Shown here piece by piece: positions 12,066-21,867 of a stretch of 64,000 nucleotides of DNA. The stretch lies in sequence record PQ657772.1; one strand, written 5' to 3'. Positions within the stretch are counted from its first letter, which is position 1; every line of letters begins with the position of its first letter. The position numbers and the translations under genes are program-made. The notes under the pieces were generated by a model that was not told the origin of the DNA, searched no databases, and saw only the letters and a program-made list of their open reading frames with translations.

Positions 12066-12284
12066 TTATTCTTGTGGTTTAGTTACACCAACACCAATAA
12101 TACTTTTAATATCAATATGGATATTAGCAAGTTCATTACTGTCAAACGGGTTAGTTTCAGTTACAACAACAGTGGTGTCATTAACTAAAACTACTGAACC
12201 TTTTACACGGTATCCCTGAAGGAGTACTTGTACATTGTCACCAGCGTTTAATGAGTTAATAACTTCTAATAGAGTAGATTCCAT
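12066..12284 (-). CDS. Hypothetical protein (Sm/SH3-like beta pattern)
   Basis: 72 aa, AAGGA RBS. Confidence 0.7.
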   Translation of the reverse strand: MESTLLEVINSLNAGDNVQVLLQGYRVKGSVVLVNDTTVVVTETNPFDSNELANIHIDIKSIIGVGVTKPQE

Positions 12285-12294
12285 TTTATTTTCC

Positions 12295-12492
12295 TTACGG
12301 TTTACTATTTTTACGTTTTTCTGATTCGGGTATAGTTTTCATTTCACCAATACATAGTTCCATGATGAGCACACCTTTGTCATTATAACGTACTACATCT
12401 TCAATGTCAAAATGTCTCGCACTATGAACAACTTCAATACATGCATCATCGGGATATGATTCCAATAATGCTACAAGTTCTGCTTTAGTCAC
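12295..12492 (-). CDS. Hypothetical protein
   Basis: MTKAELVALLESYPDDACIEV, common phage small-protein pattern; GTG start with AGGA. Confidence 0.75.
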   Translation of the reverse strand: MTKAELVALLESYPDDACIEVVHSARHFDIEDVVRYNDKGVLIMELCIGEMKTIPESEKRKNSKP

Positions 12493-12505
12493 TTTGGATT
12501 CCTCG

Positions 12506-12854
<349 letters not shown>

Positions 12855-12864
12855 ACTATATCTT

Positions 12865-13035
12865 CTATTTCCTAATTGCAAGCTCATAGATGTACCAGTG
12901 ATTACTATCCTCATCAAGTACAAATGATTTGAAAAGTTGTTTATCTTTTAACACATCATAATGACCTTGGCGTATACCAAAACCAAAAGGATTATGTTTA
13001 AATTTTAGTTCATCTAACCATTCTTTGTGTGTCAT
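12865..13035 (-). CDS. THEEW-family small protein (56 aa)
   Basis: MTHKEWLDELKFKHNPFGFGIRQGHYDVLKDKQLFKSFVLDEDSNHWYIYELAIRK; ATGA-coupled; not in ORF track. Confidence 0.75.
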   Translation of the reverse strand: MTHKEWLDELKFKHNPFGFGIRQGHYDVLKDKQLFKSFVLDEDSNHWYIYELAIRK

Positions 13036-13217
13036 CTTATTTTGTCCATGACTGCTATACTAAAATATGTACCAAAATCATCACAATTGATGATGTTGTT
13101 ATAGTACTCGATTGGATTACGCAATGATATATACAATTCAAGCTTAAAATAGTATATATCTGCTGCATTTATATTATAGTGTAGATTAAACCACTCATCA
13201 AATGTCTTAGGCTGCAT
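13032..13217 (-). CDS. THEEW-family-like small protein (61 aa)
   Basis: MQPKTFDEWFNLHY... N-terminus matches T(H/F)xEW. Confidence 0.65.
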   Translation of the reverse strand: MQPKTFDEWFNLHYNINAADIYYFKLELYISLRNPIEYYNNIINCDDFGTYFSIAVMDKIR

Positions 13218-13611
13218 TATATTTATCTTTATAAAAATCCATGATTTTAGTCAACAGTACTGCAATCGTATAATCTAAATCAGGATAAAGTAAATTGTAC
13301 TGAAATTCTTCCTCTACACTATAGTTTGTGGTGCAGTACTGATAGTCTTTATAACCAATGGAAAAATGGTTAGGATACAATGTACAACGAAAACGATATG
13401 CTTCATCTGTCATATAATCATTGTATTCAACACAGAAGTATAGTGATTTTGCATTTAATTCAATAAGCTCGACGAAACCATCAGGTAATGAATGGTTATA
13501 AATTACTGAATCTTCATTAAACCATTCATAGTATTTTTCCAAAAAATCACTAATGGATACATCCAGACTTTGTATAGGTGGAGTTATGATAATTTGAACT
13601 TCTTTATTCAT
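13207..13611 (-). CDS. FQxST-box family paralog
   Basis: SVEEEFQYNLLYPDL. Confidence 0.75.
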   Translation of the reverse strand: MNKEVQIIITPPIQSLDVSISDFLEKYYEWFNEDSVIYNHSLPDGFVELIELNAKSLYFCVEYNDYMTDEAYRFRCTLYPNHFSIGYKDYQYCTTNYSVEEEFQYNLLYPDLDYTIAVLLTKIMDFYKDKYNAA

Positions 13612-14114
13612 TTCGACCCCTTACTATATTTCACGTATGGGCTATCATACAGATCATAACTTTTTTGTGCACGTTCTTTTCGGCGTTCATACATGATTCT
13701 ATCATAATCTTTGGCTTTCTGATTTGCTTCATTATACAATTTTAAAATTAGCAAAAATGCATCAAGGTCAGGATAGTTTGCTGGATTGATAGTACTCAGC
13801 ATAAATCGTTCTTCTTCAGTTCTAGCTAAGTCAAATTCATACTTAATAGTTTTATATCCACTCCATTTATATGTATGTGTTACTTTATTAGTAAGTACAT
13901 TGTACCCAACGAAGTCAGTACTACCATCAAGTACGCGAGTAATCATAATAGATGTACCAATGACAATCTGCACAGAACTCATATCTGAAGTTTTAAAGTA
14001 ATATATATTACCACGTCGCAGATTAACTTCTCGATCTCCAATGCGAACATGCTTAATAACTTCAGTTAATGGTTCTGGGACACCACGAATCGGCATGTTA
14101 GTATTCCTCAACAA
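13608..14114 (-). CDS. FQxST-box family paralog
   Basis: RTEEERFMLSTINP. Confidence 0.75.
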   Translation of the reverse strand: MLRNTNMPIRGVPEPLTEVIKHVRIGDREVNLRRGNIYYFKTSDMSSVQIVIGTSIMITRVLDGSTDFVGYNVLTNKVTHTYKWSGYKTIKYEFDLARTEEERFMLSTINPANYPDLDAFLLILKLYNEANQKAKDYDRIMYERRKERAQKSYDLYDSPYVKYSKGSK

Positions 14115-14667
14115 CGGTTAGGAATCTATCCCAACCAGTATAAGTGAAATGATCAAAGTATTGTTTTTCGCCACCTACCATATATACTTCAATTAAACCG
14201 TGGTCGAAATAATTTTTTGGTTTTTTAACTTCAGTTACAATTGCTTTATGTCTGAAACCATTATAATCAGTATATGTTACAATATCGTGAATTTTGATAT
14301 TATCAGGTGTGTAAGTGTTGGCGTTATTATTGAGAACATGAAGATGATGGTCTACGATTTCTTTACTGGAAATTACCCCAAATATGTTACCAGAAAATAC
14401 TTTATTACCATTACAGGTCAATGCCCAGCCATCACCAACTTCAATAGATTCAAATACATAATGTGTGCAAATTTTAGATACATCTGACGTATCCCAGTAA
14501 TCACCATCAAGATTGGTGAATTTATAAACAGTTTTGAGTTTTTCGCCATCAAATGAAAGCAATGATACTCCGATAACAACCGTTCCGTCTTTAAGAATAA
14601 TATTAAATTTATTATTTGTATTAAAGTATGCTTCTGACTCAGATGAGTTGAATTTAATAAAGTTCAT
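14098..14667 (-). CDS. Hypothetical protein
   Basis: 189 aa, GGAG RBS. Confidence 0.8.
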   Translation of the reverse strand: MNFIKFNSSESEAYFNTNNKFNIILKDGTVVIGVSLLSFDGEKLKTVYKFTNLDGDYWDTSDVSKICTHYVFESIEVGDGWALTCNGNKVFSGNIFGVISSKEIVDHHLHVLNNNANTYTPDNIKIHDIVTYTDYNGFRHKAIVTEVKKPKNYFDHGLIEVYMVGGEKQYFDHFTYTGWDRFLTVVEEY

Positions 14668-14714
14668 ATGTTCTCCTTAGTAAGTCATAGTATTATATCA
14701 GAGTTTCATTGCAC

Positions 14715-15107
14715 TTACCAGCATGTTTTCATAACTTCTGTGATGTAAATCATTTTATCTTTTAGTTCATAAGGGATGCAAATTTCACCTGGGCTTAACG
14801 TTGTGTTCTTTTGAAACTCATCTTCTTCGGAATCAGCCAGATAAAATGGGTGCGTCACAAAGGCATCATCAACTGGACGCTTATTTGGTTTCATTAATGC
14901 ATCATGATTTACAAAATAATAAGCATCAATATCAGGACGAAAATACAAACAATCAACTTTGTAGTTCTGGTTTATCCACAAAGATAAAGAATATGTCATT
15001 TGGTTACCAATTTGTCTTGGACCAGAAATAATTGTATTGATGTTATTTTTATCTTGTATCATTTCATAAATGAAATCTATCATTTCATGTAGTTCTGATT
15101 CAGTCAT
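14715..15107 (-). CDS. FQxST-box family paralog
   Basis: DSEEDEFQKNTTL. Confidence 0.75.
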   Translation of the reverse strand: MTESELHEMIDFIYEMIQDKNNINTIISGPRQIGNQMTYSLSLWINQNYKVDCLYFRPDIDAYYFVNHDALMKPNKRPVDDAFVTHPFYLADSEEDEFQKNTTLSPGEICIPYELKDKMIYITEVMKTCW

Positions 15108-15158
15108 TTTATTTCCTTAAAAAAAATACCCAGTACTAGACTGGGCATAAAGTAATGT

Positions 15159-15308
15159 TTAATCAGATTTCTTTTCGTAATCTGTAAAAACAGTCAGGAT
15201 TGTTGCACACAGTGAATCAACTGCTGCTGCATGTTTTTCATCAAGGTCTTTAGCTAGTGCTTGAATCTCTTGAAGTTTTACTACTAAGTCGATTTTTTGA
15301 TTACTCAT
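15159..15308 (-). CDS. Small hypothetical protein (49 aa)
   Basis: MSNQKIDLVVKLQEIQALAKDLDEKHAAAVDSLCATILTVFTDYEKKSD with GGAG RBS; not in ORF track. Confidence 0.7.
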   Translation of the reverse strand: MSNQKIDLVVKLQEIQALAKDLDEKHAAAVDSLCATILTVFTDYEKKSD

Positions 15309-15332
15309 TACTTCTCCTATTGATTGTATTTT

Positions 15333-15638
15333 TTAGATGTTAATTTTAATCCCAGATAGATCCAGTACTTTACGTATAGGAGGTTCTGGTTCAGGCTGAA
15401 CAACCTCTTCAGGCTCTTGTGCTGGAATCTTTGTGTTAATATTTAGACCATCTTGAAGAATTTCAGGGATAATTCCATGCTGCACATCATTGTACATAGA
15501 CACAACCGTTTCTGCACAAGATAACATTTCACGAACTTTAAACTGATATCCTTGTGGTAAATCTTTGATGATTTCCATAACATCTAATAACTTCGTTTGT
15601 ACATCAATAAGAATACTGTTTGATTTATCTGCGTCCAT
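15333..15638 (-). CDS. Hypothetical protein
   Basis: 101 aa, GGAG RBS. Confidence 0.75.
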   Translation of the reverse strand: MDADKSNSILIDVQTKLLDVMEIIKDLPQGYQFKVREMLSCAETVVSMYNDVQHGIIPEILQDGLNINTKIPAQEPEEVVQPEPEPPIRKVLDLSGIKINI

Positions 15639-16144
15639 TAATCCAACTCCACTACGTTATTTTTTTTCTTTGTATTTACTACAGTGGGTGAATCATTTTT
15701 TGTCACATCACCTCGTAGTTTCTTTTCTAGTGCGATGATACGCTTTAATGTCTTAATTGACGGTCGTTTCTTTGTTAGCTCGGCTTTTGCTTCAGTATAA
15801 TACTTTCGGATATATCCATATGCATAATACTTAGAACCAATAAAAATTTCAGCAACGGCTGGTTGGTAACTCATTTCGTACCCATTAATGTCCACGGGTG
15901 ATGCATAAAATACAATATTTGTATTACACGAAGAAATTTTAGCAACCAGTAAGTTAGCTTCAAGTTTATTCAAAATCAACGTAGTGGTTTCTTCTGCCTC
16001 GTCACTGTACTGCATAGCTGACATTAGAAGTTGAAAGGACTTGAAGTAATTACTACCACTGATTACCGTATTGAAGATTAAGCCCAATGTAATCAGTACT
16101 AGTGTACCAAGACATATAAACAAAAACCAATATTCAACACTCAT
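15638..16144 (-). CDS. Membrane-anchored hypothetical protein
   Basis: N-terminal TM segment WFLFICLGTLVLITLGLIF. Confidence 0.8.
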   Translation of the reverse strand: MSVEYWFLFICLGTLVLITLGLIFNTVISGSNYFKSFQLLMSAMQYSDEAEETTTLILNKLEANLLVAKISSCNTNIVFYASPVDINGYEMSYQPAVAEIFIGSKYYAYGYIRKYYTEAKAELTKKRPSIKTLKRIIALEKKLRGDVTKNDSPTVVNTKKKNNVVELD

Positions 16145-16209
16145 TAATATATCCTCAGTTTGTATTTTATTAAAAAAGCCCCATCAACATTGATGAGGCG
16201 GGAAATCAA

Positions 16210-16419
16210 TTACTTACGGTTTGCTTTACGCAGTTCAGAAAGTTCTTCTTGTAGACTTTTCTTCCATGCAATTAGATGAGCAAAACGGATTGGCCTTGCA
16301 CCAGTACCGTGGAATACTGCGAGAGCTTCTTCAGCTTGATGAATCTGGAACTGAATGTAGTTCACAGTGCGGTCGAAGTCGGTGATATCTAGTACTTGTG
16401 CGTTAGTTTCTTTAGCCAT
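16210..16419 (-). CDS. Hypothetical protein
   Basis: 69 aa, AAGGGG RBS, terminator-like hairpin downstream. Confidence 0.75.
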   Translation of the reverse strand: MAKETNAQVLDITDFDRTVNYIQFQIHQAEEALAVFHGTGARPIRFAHLIAWKKSLQEELSELRKANRK

Positions 16420-16536
16420 TTTTAATACCCTTTTATTTCTTTTTTATGAAAAACCCTCATCATTGAGGAATGGTTTGCATTTTTACATCTGCCGATAATA
16501 TACATTATATCATGCTTTTCAGCGTTGTCCCAAAAA

Positions 16537-16826
16537 TTAATTATTTTTTAGAACAAATTTCACGACTGGTAACTCTGTTTCGTTTGATTCGGATTCATTA
16601 TATCCGTTCTTCGTGAGAACGTCAATAACTTTTTTAGAATCGATTGTAAATTTATCAAGTTCAGTATAACGATAATAACCAATGGTCTGACTGAACTCAT
16701 ACTCACCTGGACGCTGACGGCAACATGTTTGTGTTTCTGACATAATTGCATTGATTAGATAATAAGATTCAGTACTATCATTGTTTGGTACATAAATCTT
16801 ACCATCAAAATGAATCACTTCATGTT
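16537..16826 (-). CDS. Hypothetical protein (start near MNKHEV; start approximate)
   Basis: ORF track 16537..16896; ATG coupled to the upstream stop preferred. Confidence 0.65.
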
Positions 16827-17095
16827 TATTCATACAGTGAGTTGATCTCCACTTGAAGAATTGAAATAATTTCCTTTTGAAGACCTGTAATTTCACTATT
16901 CAGTGAAGATAAACGTTTGGTCAATGCCATAAACTGTTTAGCGTCTTCTTTGGAACGGTCATTGCGAACTTTATCGGAACTCCAGTTAGCATATGATTGC
17001 TCATCTTTTTTGTTAAGAATGTCCCAGTCCAAACGGACTAGTTTTCGTTCTTTCTTAAGTTCGCTTAGGCGAGATTTCATTTCTTCTTTAGTCAT
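16826..17095 (-). CDS. Hypothetical coiled-coil protein
   Basis: 89 aa. Confidence 0.75.
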   Translation of the reverse strand: MTKEEMKSRLSELKKERKLVRLDWDILNKKDEQSYANWSSDKVRNDRSKEDAKQFMALTKRLSSLNSEITGLQKEIISILQVEINSLYE

Positions 17096-17385
17096 TACAA
17101 TGTTCCTTTCATAAAGTCAGGGATAACGATTACGATAGAAGGATTATACTCCACATATCCATTCTTTGTCAATAGACTTTTGATATCAGAAATAACATTA
17201 TCATGTTGTTCCATATCTTTATCGCAGTGAATTTCCAATTCTTTTAGGAAAGGTTGTTTAACTGAAATTGATTGGGTCAGTGTTTGAATACGCTGCATCA
17301 TATCAATTGGATCAGGACTGAACTCATTACCAACATAAAGAGTGCCGGATGCATCCTTTTCAAGTAAGACTTCTAAAATTTTCAT
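17095..17385 (-). CDS. Hypothetical protein
   Basis: 96 aa, coupled starts/stops. Confidence 0.75.
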   Translation of the reverse strand: MKILEVLLEKDASGTLYVGNEFSPDPIDMMQRIQTLTQSISVKQPFLKELEIHCDKDMEQHDNVISDIKSLLTKNGYVEYNPSIVIVIPDFMKGTL

Positions 17386-18218
17386 TTTGTACCCTTTAAT
17401 GTACCAAAATTACGTAGAGTAAATCCAGGAACTGGGAAATATACATCACAGTCAATGTCAGGATTAATTGTCACTACCTCATTACACATTATATCACGAA
17501 TTCCACTTCCGTCTACGATTTTTTGCATTAAATCGTTCCATTCTTTTCGTTCAATAACATATGTGTTAATCAAACACAAGTCATGACCACGTTTCGAAAT
17601 ATAACCAAGTACTACATCATTGTGGACAACACGTATAGTAACTTTTCCAATTCGAGTTCCTCGTACTGCATTAGTACTAGTATCGTCGTAAATCAGTTCT
17701 ATCCTAAGTGAACCATTAGATATAAGAGTTGTGGTATATTTTGAAACCATATTCTCAATTTCTTGAGTTAAATCGTCTCGGTTAAGGTACTCAAACACCG
17801 AATATGTCAACTCATTTGCATCCAAATATTGGACTGTTGGAAGCTGGGCAACCATATCCAAAGATACAGGTTCTATGTATATTTTTTCAATATCAGATGT
17901 TTTGACGAATAGATACCCTTCTAGCGTCATTGAACTAACAATTTCCGCATAATAAGAGTACAGATAAAAAACATTCGTCTCATTCGAATCAGTTTCTACC
18001 CAAACCTCTGGCTGTTTCATCTCATATTGTTGTAGAATTCGTTGTGTAAACCCAATGTAAAATCCAAGATTAACATCGGATTGAGTTTCAAATGGATTAA
18101 ACATCAAATATGGATATTTGTCAAGATACTCATTGAACTTACGCTGGGTATCTCTATCACAATCAATGATGTACTTTCGGAATTCAGAAATAATTACTTT
18201 TTCCAATGACATAATCAA
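17382..18218 (-). CDS. Hypothetical protein (278 aa)
   Basis: Long ORF, GAGGA RBS. Confidence 0.85.
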   Translation of the reverse strand: MIMSLEKVIISEFRKYIIDCDRDTQRKFNEYLDKYPYLMFNPFETQSDVNLGFYIGFTQRILQQYEMKQPEVWVETDSNETNVFYLYSYYAEIVSSMTLEGYLFVKTSDIEKIYIEPVSLDMVAQLPTVQYLDANELTYSVFEYLNRDDLTQEIENMVSKYTTTLISNGSLRIELIYDDTSTNAVRGTRIGKVTIRVVHNDVVLGYISKRGHDLCLINTYVIERKEWNDLMQKIVDGSGIRDIMCNEVVTINPDIDCDVYFPVPGFTLRNFGTLKGTK

Positions 18219-18412
18219 TCCTCACGATGCATATAGTACATAAACATCGCCAACCATATGCAGAATCCAACACAACGAAGAAACATATCAACGGTTGGAT
18301 CTGTGCCACCATTAACTTGGTAAACGATTACTGGGATTAAAGCAATAGCAATAGACACTGTACATAAGATGAATGCAACAAACACCTCAAACATAAACTT
18401 AATCGTTTCCAT
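18215..18412 (-). CDS. Small two-TM membrane protein
   Basis: Two hydrophobic segments in 65 aa. Confidence 0.7.
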   Translation of the reverse strand: METIKFMFEVFVAFILCTVSIAIALIPVIVYQVNGGTDPTVDMFLRCVGFCIWLAMFMYYMHRED

Positions 18413-18986
18413 TATTATCCTTCAATGTGTAGTGTAGTACATCTAAAAAGTTATACATTGATTCATTACGCATAACCTTGATTGTTAAATTACCACAACC
18501 CAACATACGTTTGAGGCGACGCTTCACCGCAGTTAAATCATGTGTACTGTTCGTATACAGACCATTAACCTGACCTGGAACAGTAGGAACATGAAGAATG
18601 TAATCATAATTCATTAGTAAGCGTTGATTATATTTCTTTAATGCTTGCTTGTATTCTGAAATATTTTCAAAGAATGTACAATAACGGTCGTAACGATTCA
18701 TTTTATTCAAAATTGAAATACGAAAAGCGTTACCACTATTCCAATCATCTTCAGTTGGGTTTGGGTTGATATGTGCCATGTTAGCTGTACTATACCCACC
18801 ACTTGTGAAAACTTCAGAATATCCATTCTCAAAAACATACAATGTTGCTTTGTGTCCTCGGAATTCTTTACGGTACTTTGACAGAACTTGAATGTGATTA
18901 CGCTTGGACTTGTACATTTCGTAACCTTCATAATCGCCACTGAATTCACAAATTTTATCAACACCAGCCATTTCGTATATCCTCAT
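18399..18986 (-). CDS. Hypothetical protein
   Basis: 195 aa downstream of promoter 19004-19032. Confidence 0.8.
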   Translation of the reverse strand: MRIYEMAGVDKICEFSGDYEGYEMYKSKRNHIQVLSKYRKEFRGHKATLYVFENGYSEVFTSGGYSTANMAHINPNPTEDDWNSGNAFRISILNKMNRYDRYCTFFENISEYKQALKKYNQRLLMNYDYILHVPTVPGQVNGLYTNSTHDLTAVKRRLKRMLGCGNLTIKVMRNESMYNFLDVLHYTLKDNNGND

Positions 18987-19003
18987 TTGATTAATATAGG
19001 AGT

Positions 19004-19032
19004 ATTATACATACTCCATTTTCATGTGTCAA
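19004..19032 (-). promoter_or_regulatory. Consensus sigma70 promoter, -10 inside a hairpin
   Basis: TTGACA-N17-TATAAT; GGAGTAT-GTATA-ATACTCC. Confidence 0.8.
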
Positions 19033-19172
19033 GCTTTATAATACGGAAGACTTTTCACTAAAGATTCGGACGTATTATTTTTTACCCATGTACTACCGTT
19101 GTCATTGGATACATATCCAGTACCATTAACAAACTTACGCATAATACCAGTAAAAATATTAGTATACACCAT
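19029..19172 (-). CDS. Small hypothetical protein (47 aa)
   Basis: MVYTNIFTGIMRKFVNGTGYVSND...; coupled to upstream stop. Confidence 0.55.
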   Translation of the reverse strand: MVYTNIFTGIMRKFVNGTGYVSNDNGSTWVKNNTSESLVKSLPYYKA

Positions 19173-19342
19173 TACTCAGTATCCTTTGGTTTAGAATGTA
19201 AACCATACTTTTCATCATAACGATCATAGGTAGTGCCATTAGTACTAGCTTTGATGCTTTCGGTGCGATTGATTGGTTCGATTTTGACACCACGATAACC
19301 AATCTCTTCTTTAAATTGTTCCCATGATTCACGTAGACTCAT
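19172..19342 (-). CDS. Small hypothetical protein (56 aa)
   Basis: MSLRESWEQFKEEIGYRGVK...; AGGGG RBS. Confidence 0.65.
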   Translation of the reverse strand: MSLRESWEQFKEEIGYRGVKIEPINRTESIKASTNGTTYDRYDEKYGLHSKPKDTE

Positions 19343-19358
19343 TTTAGTCCCCTTTTTG

Positions 19359-19502
19359 TTATTTCATACACTCACGTAGGTCAATCTTTTCAACTGAACC
19401 ACCGAGTACTAGATAGTGAAAATTAGAATCTTTGTTTGCCATATTCAAAAGATCTGCTTTCTGTTGAAGCGTAAAGCGTGAAGTACTGTTACGTACTGGC
19501 AT
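19359..19502 (-). CDS. Small hypothetical protein (47 aa)
   Basis: MPVRNSTSRFTLQQKADLLNM...; AAGGAG RBS. Confidence 0.65.
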   Translation of the reverse strand: MPVRNSTSRFTLQQKADLLNMANKDSNFHYLVLGGSVEKIDLRECMK

Positions 19503-19504
19503 AG

Positions 19505-19948
19505 TTACTCCTTAAAGTAGATATCACGAATTTGCTTAATCATCTCTAACTCTTGAAGTCCTATCATACCAAAGTTTTCTTGTACTGTCAACTGTTGGAA
19601 GTACATTTCCTCTAAATTATTATAAGGAATATCCACTAATGATAAAGGTACTCGTTCTTCACTGAATGCCAGATCTTCAACTAAATGTTTTATAATCATA
19701 ACAGTAAATGAATCTTTTTGTATATGAAATTTGTAAAACGTTTGGTTAGTAGTGAACATTGTGTTTGATGGATGGAAACCCATTTCAACAAATACTGTAT
19801 CTTTATCATTATGTGTGCAATATGTACATCTTGAATTCGCAAGAACTTTAGATTTTGGGTAATAAAAATCACCCAGCAACTTCTGTCGTTTCCAGTCCTC
19901 ATATACAACTGGATGCTTAACCTTCTTCAATCGGTGCAGTACTGTCAT
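19505..19948 (-). CDS. FQxST-box family paralog
   Basis: NLEEMYFQQLTVQENFG. Confidence 0.8.
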   Translation of the reverse strand: MTVLHRLKKVKHPVVYEDWKRQKLLGDFYYPKSKVLANSRCTYCTHNDKDTVFVEMGFHPSNTMFTTNQTFYKFHIQKDSFTVMIIKHLVEDLAFSEERVPLSLVDIPYNNLEEMYFQQLTVQENFGMIGLQELEMIKQIRDIYFKE

Positions 19949-20328
19949 AGTTTTTTCCAGTCCAATGAATCGAAATCGATTTGTTCAGGGTTATCAACAG
20001 CGACAACTCGTGCATTATGAAGAGTTTCAAAGTAGCCGTTCCACGGTGTTCGTAATGGAACTGTCACATCACCAACTTTAACCAAGAATGAATATGCTGG
20101 TGATATTGGGTCAAACCACTCTTTTTGTTTAGCATTTTCGACGATGGTTTCGTGTTCTTTTGTATAGCAATTATCTTGCTTCATATAAAACACCCAATGC
20201 TCTTTTAGGCACTGTAAAGCAGCAACTGCTTCCTCTTTAGAAGACCATTGAATATCAATTGTATTAAGAACGTCATAACAATTTTCAGTATCACCTGTAG
20301 TGTAATGTACTTCAATGCAGTATTTCAT
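19945..20328 (-). CDS. Hypothetical phage protein
   Basis: IEVHYTTGD...PWNGYFETL, a recurrent phage hypothetical pattern as recalled. Confidence 0.8.
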   Translation of the reverse strand: MKYCIEVHYTTGDTENCYDVLNTIDIQWSSKEEAVAALQCLKEHWVFYMKQDNCYTKEHETIVENAKQKEWFDPISPAYSFLVKVGDVTVPLRTPWNGYFETLHNARVVAVDNPEQIDFDSLDWKKL

Positions 20329-20783
20329 TATTCAACACCTTTTAGTAATTTACAAATTTCAATCATATGATAATAACATGTATTCCAAAATTGCCCATTA
20401 GTACTACCAACATCATGCACAGTACTTTGTTGGAAAACATATTCATCATTGAACAACTTTTTAATATCATCAATGTAAAATTCTGGTTTTGAATCATTAT
20501 TGTATTCAATACTCGTTTCACCATCTGGATCAAGTGAAATTGATGATATATCGTGAATGCCTATCGGACTTGTTGGATAAATTCGCAACGTAAGAGGATA
20601 GAAGTCTGGATCGGTTTCATATGTATATTCGATTATGTAATTACCATCTCCAGTGATTGAGTTATATTTAAATGTAGGTTCAAATACATTATGGACATTA
20701 TAACCTAGTTTATTCATCTCGTTAAGATGTAATAATATTTTATGTAAAGTCCCTAAGACATGAATCAAATTATCAATTTTCAT
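20328..20783 (-). CDS. FQxST-box family paralog
   Basis: FNDEYVFQQSTVHDVG. Confidence 0.8.
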   Translation of the reverse strand: MKIDNLIHVLGTLHKILLHLNEMNKLGYNVHNVFEPTFKYNSITGDGNYIIEYTYETDPDFYPLTLRIYPTSPIGIHDISSISLDPDGETSIEYNNDSKPEFYIDDIKKLFNDEYVFQQSTVHDVGSTNGQFWNTCYYHMIEICKLLKGVE

Positions 20784-21292
20784 TTACGATCCTTTGAAAA
20801 GTTCAGTTTAAAAGATTTACCAAATTCCATTGTAGCTTTACCCAGATTGTTAATATTTTCTTTCAACATTTCTTGCATTTTTCTCACACTTTCATTCCAG
20901 GCTTCCTCTTCTTTACGGAGGATTGGTCGCAATCGTTCCTGAATATCGTTGAAACGTGTATTGAGTTCAACCAATGATTCATATGTGAAATCTTTCATGT
21001 CGATGATAGTACTTCGTTGAAAGAATTCTTCTTCGGATAAATTACTTAAAATGATTTTATCACTACCAATAGATAATGTCAATTCATCATCTTGATTTTT
21101 TTTAATTACAATACGTACAGGTGTTATAGTAATGTGAACATCATGATTATTAAAAGTTTCAGTTTGGTTTGACATTCTGAATTGTAGTCTTCCGGTTAGT
21201 GCGTGTACTGGCATTGGGTTCTTTTTACCAGTAATAACATCTTCCCACGAATCAAGGATATTATTAATAATTTTAACATAAGGAACTGTCAT
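20780..21292 (-). CDS. FQxST-box family paralog with C-terminal coiled coil
   Basis: LSEEEFFQRSTIIDM. Confidence 0.8.
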   Translation of the reverse strand: MTVPYVKIINNILDSWEDVITGKKNPMPVHALTGRLQFRMSNQTETFNNHDVHITITPVRIVIKKNQDDELTLSIGSDKIILSNLSEEEFFQRSTIIDMKDFTYESLVELNTRFNDIQERLRPILRKEEEAWNESVRKMQEMLKENINNLGKATMEFGKSFKLNFSKDRK

Positions 21293-21336
21293 ATATATGC
21301 ACCTATGAAAAATCCACGCATAGCGTGGATCTGTAA

Positions 21337-21867
21337 TTAATCGAGTATAGTAACTTCAATCAAACGAATTTCGATGAATTCGTTTTCAGTTTCCCATGAT
21401 GAACCTAATTTCTTATTAAGTTCAGTTTTAACATCACTTTTAAATTTTCCCATAGTATTAGGAATAATTTGTTTGGTTAGTTTGTCATAACCACAATAAA
21501 ACATAGGTTTCTCCCTTCGAGATATTAGCTCAACAAAATCCTTTGGATATGCAGGTATATTATGCATCACTTCATGAATGCACTCAGTACTTGAATCTTG
21601 TACTTTGTACATTACATTAAGTTTACCTTTGAAAGTTCTAATCATATCAACAATAATACCTTTACCAGATTTAAGTAAAGTTCCATTCTTTGTATGAGAA
21701 CAATAGAATACCTCATCACCAATATTAGGATAGTACAAATTAAATTCTAATTCTTCCTTTGATGACTGACGTTGAAATTTCATTACACGATCAGTATAGG
21801 TGGGGTAGTTCTTCATGTTCAAAAGAATATCTCTCTTAGTAAGTGTGATATAACTGGCATAGTCCAT
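21337..21867 (-). CDS. Hypothetical protein
   Basis: 176 aa ORF; true start may be MKNYP. Confidence 0.7.
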   Translation of the reverse strand: MDYASYITLTKRDILLNMKNYPTYTDRVMKFQRQSSKEELEFNLYYPNIGDEVFYCSHTKNGTLLKSGKGIIVDMIRTFKGKLNVMYKVQDSSTECIHEVMHNIPAYPKDFVELISRREKPMFYCGYDKLTKQIIPNTMGKFKSDVKTELNKKLGSSWETENEFIEIRLIEVTILD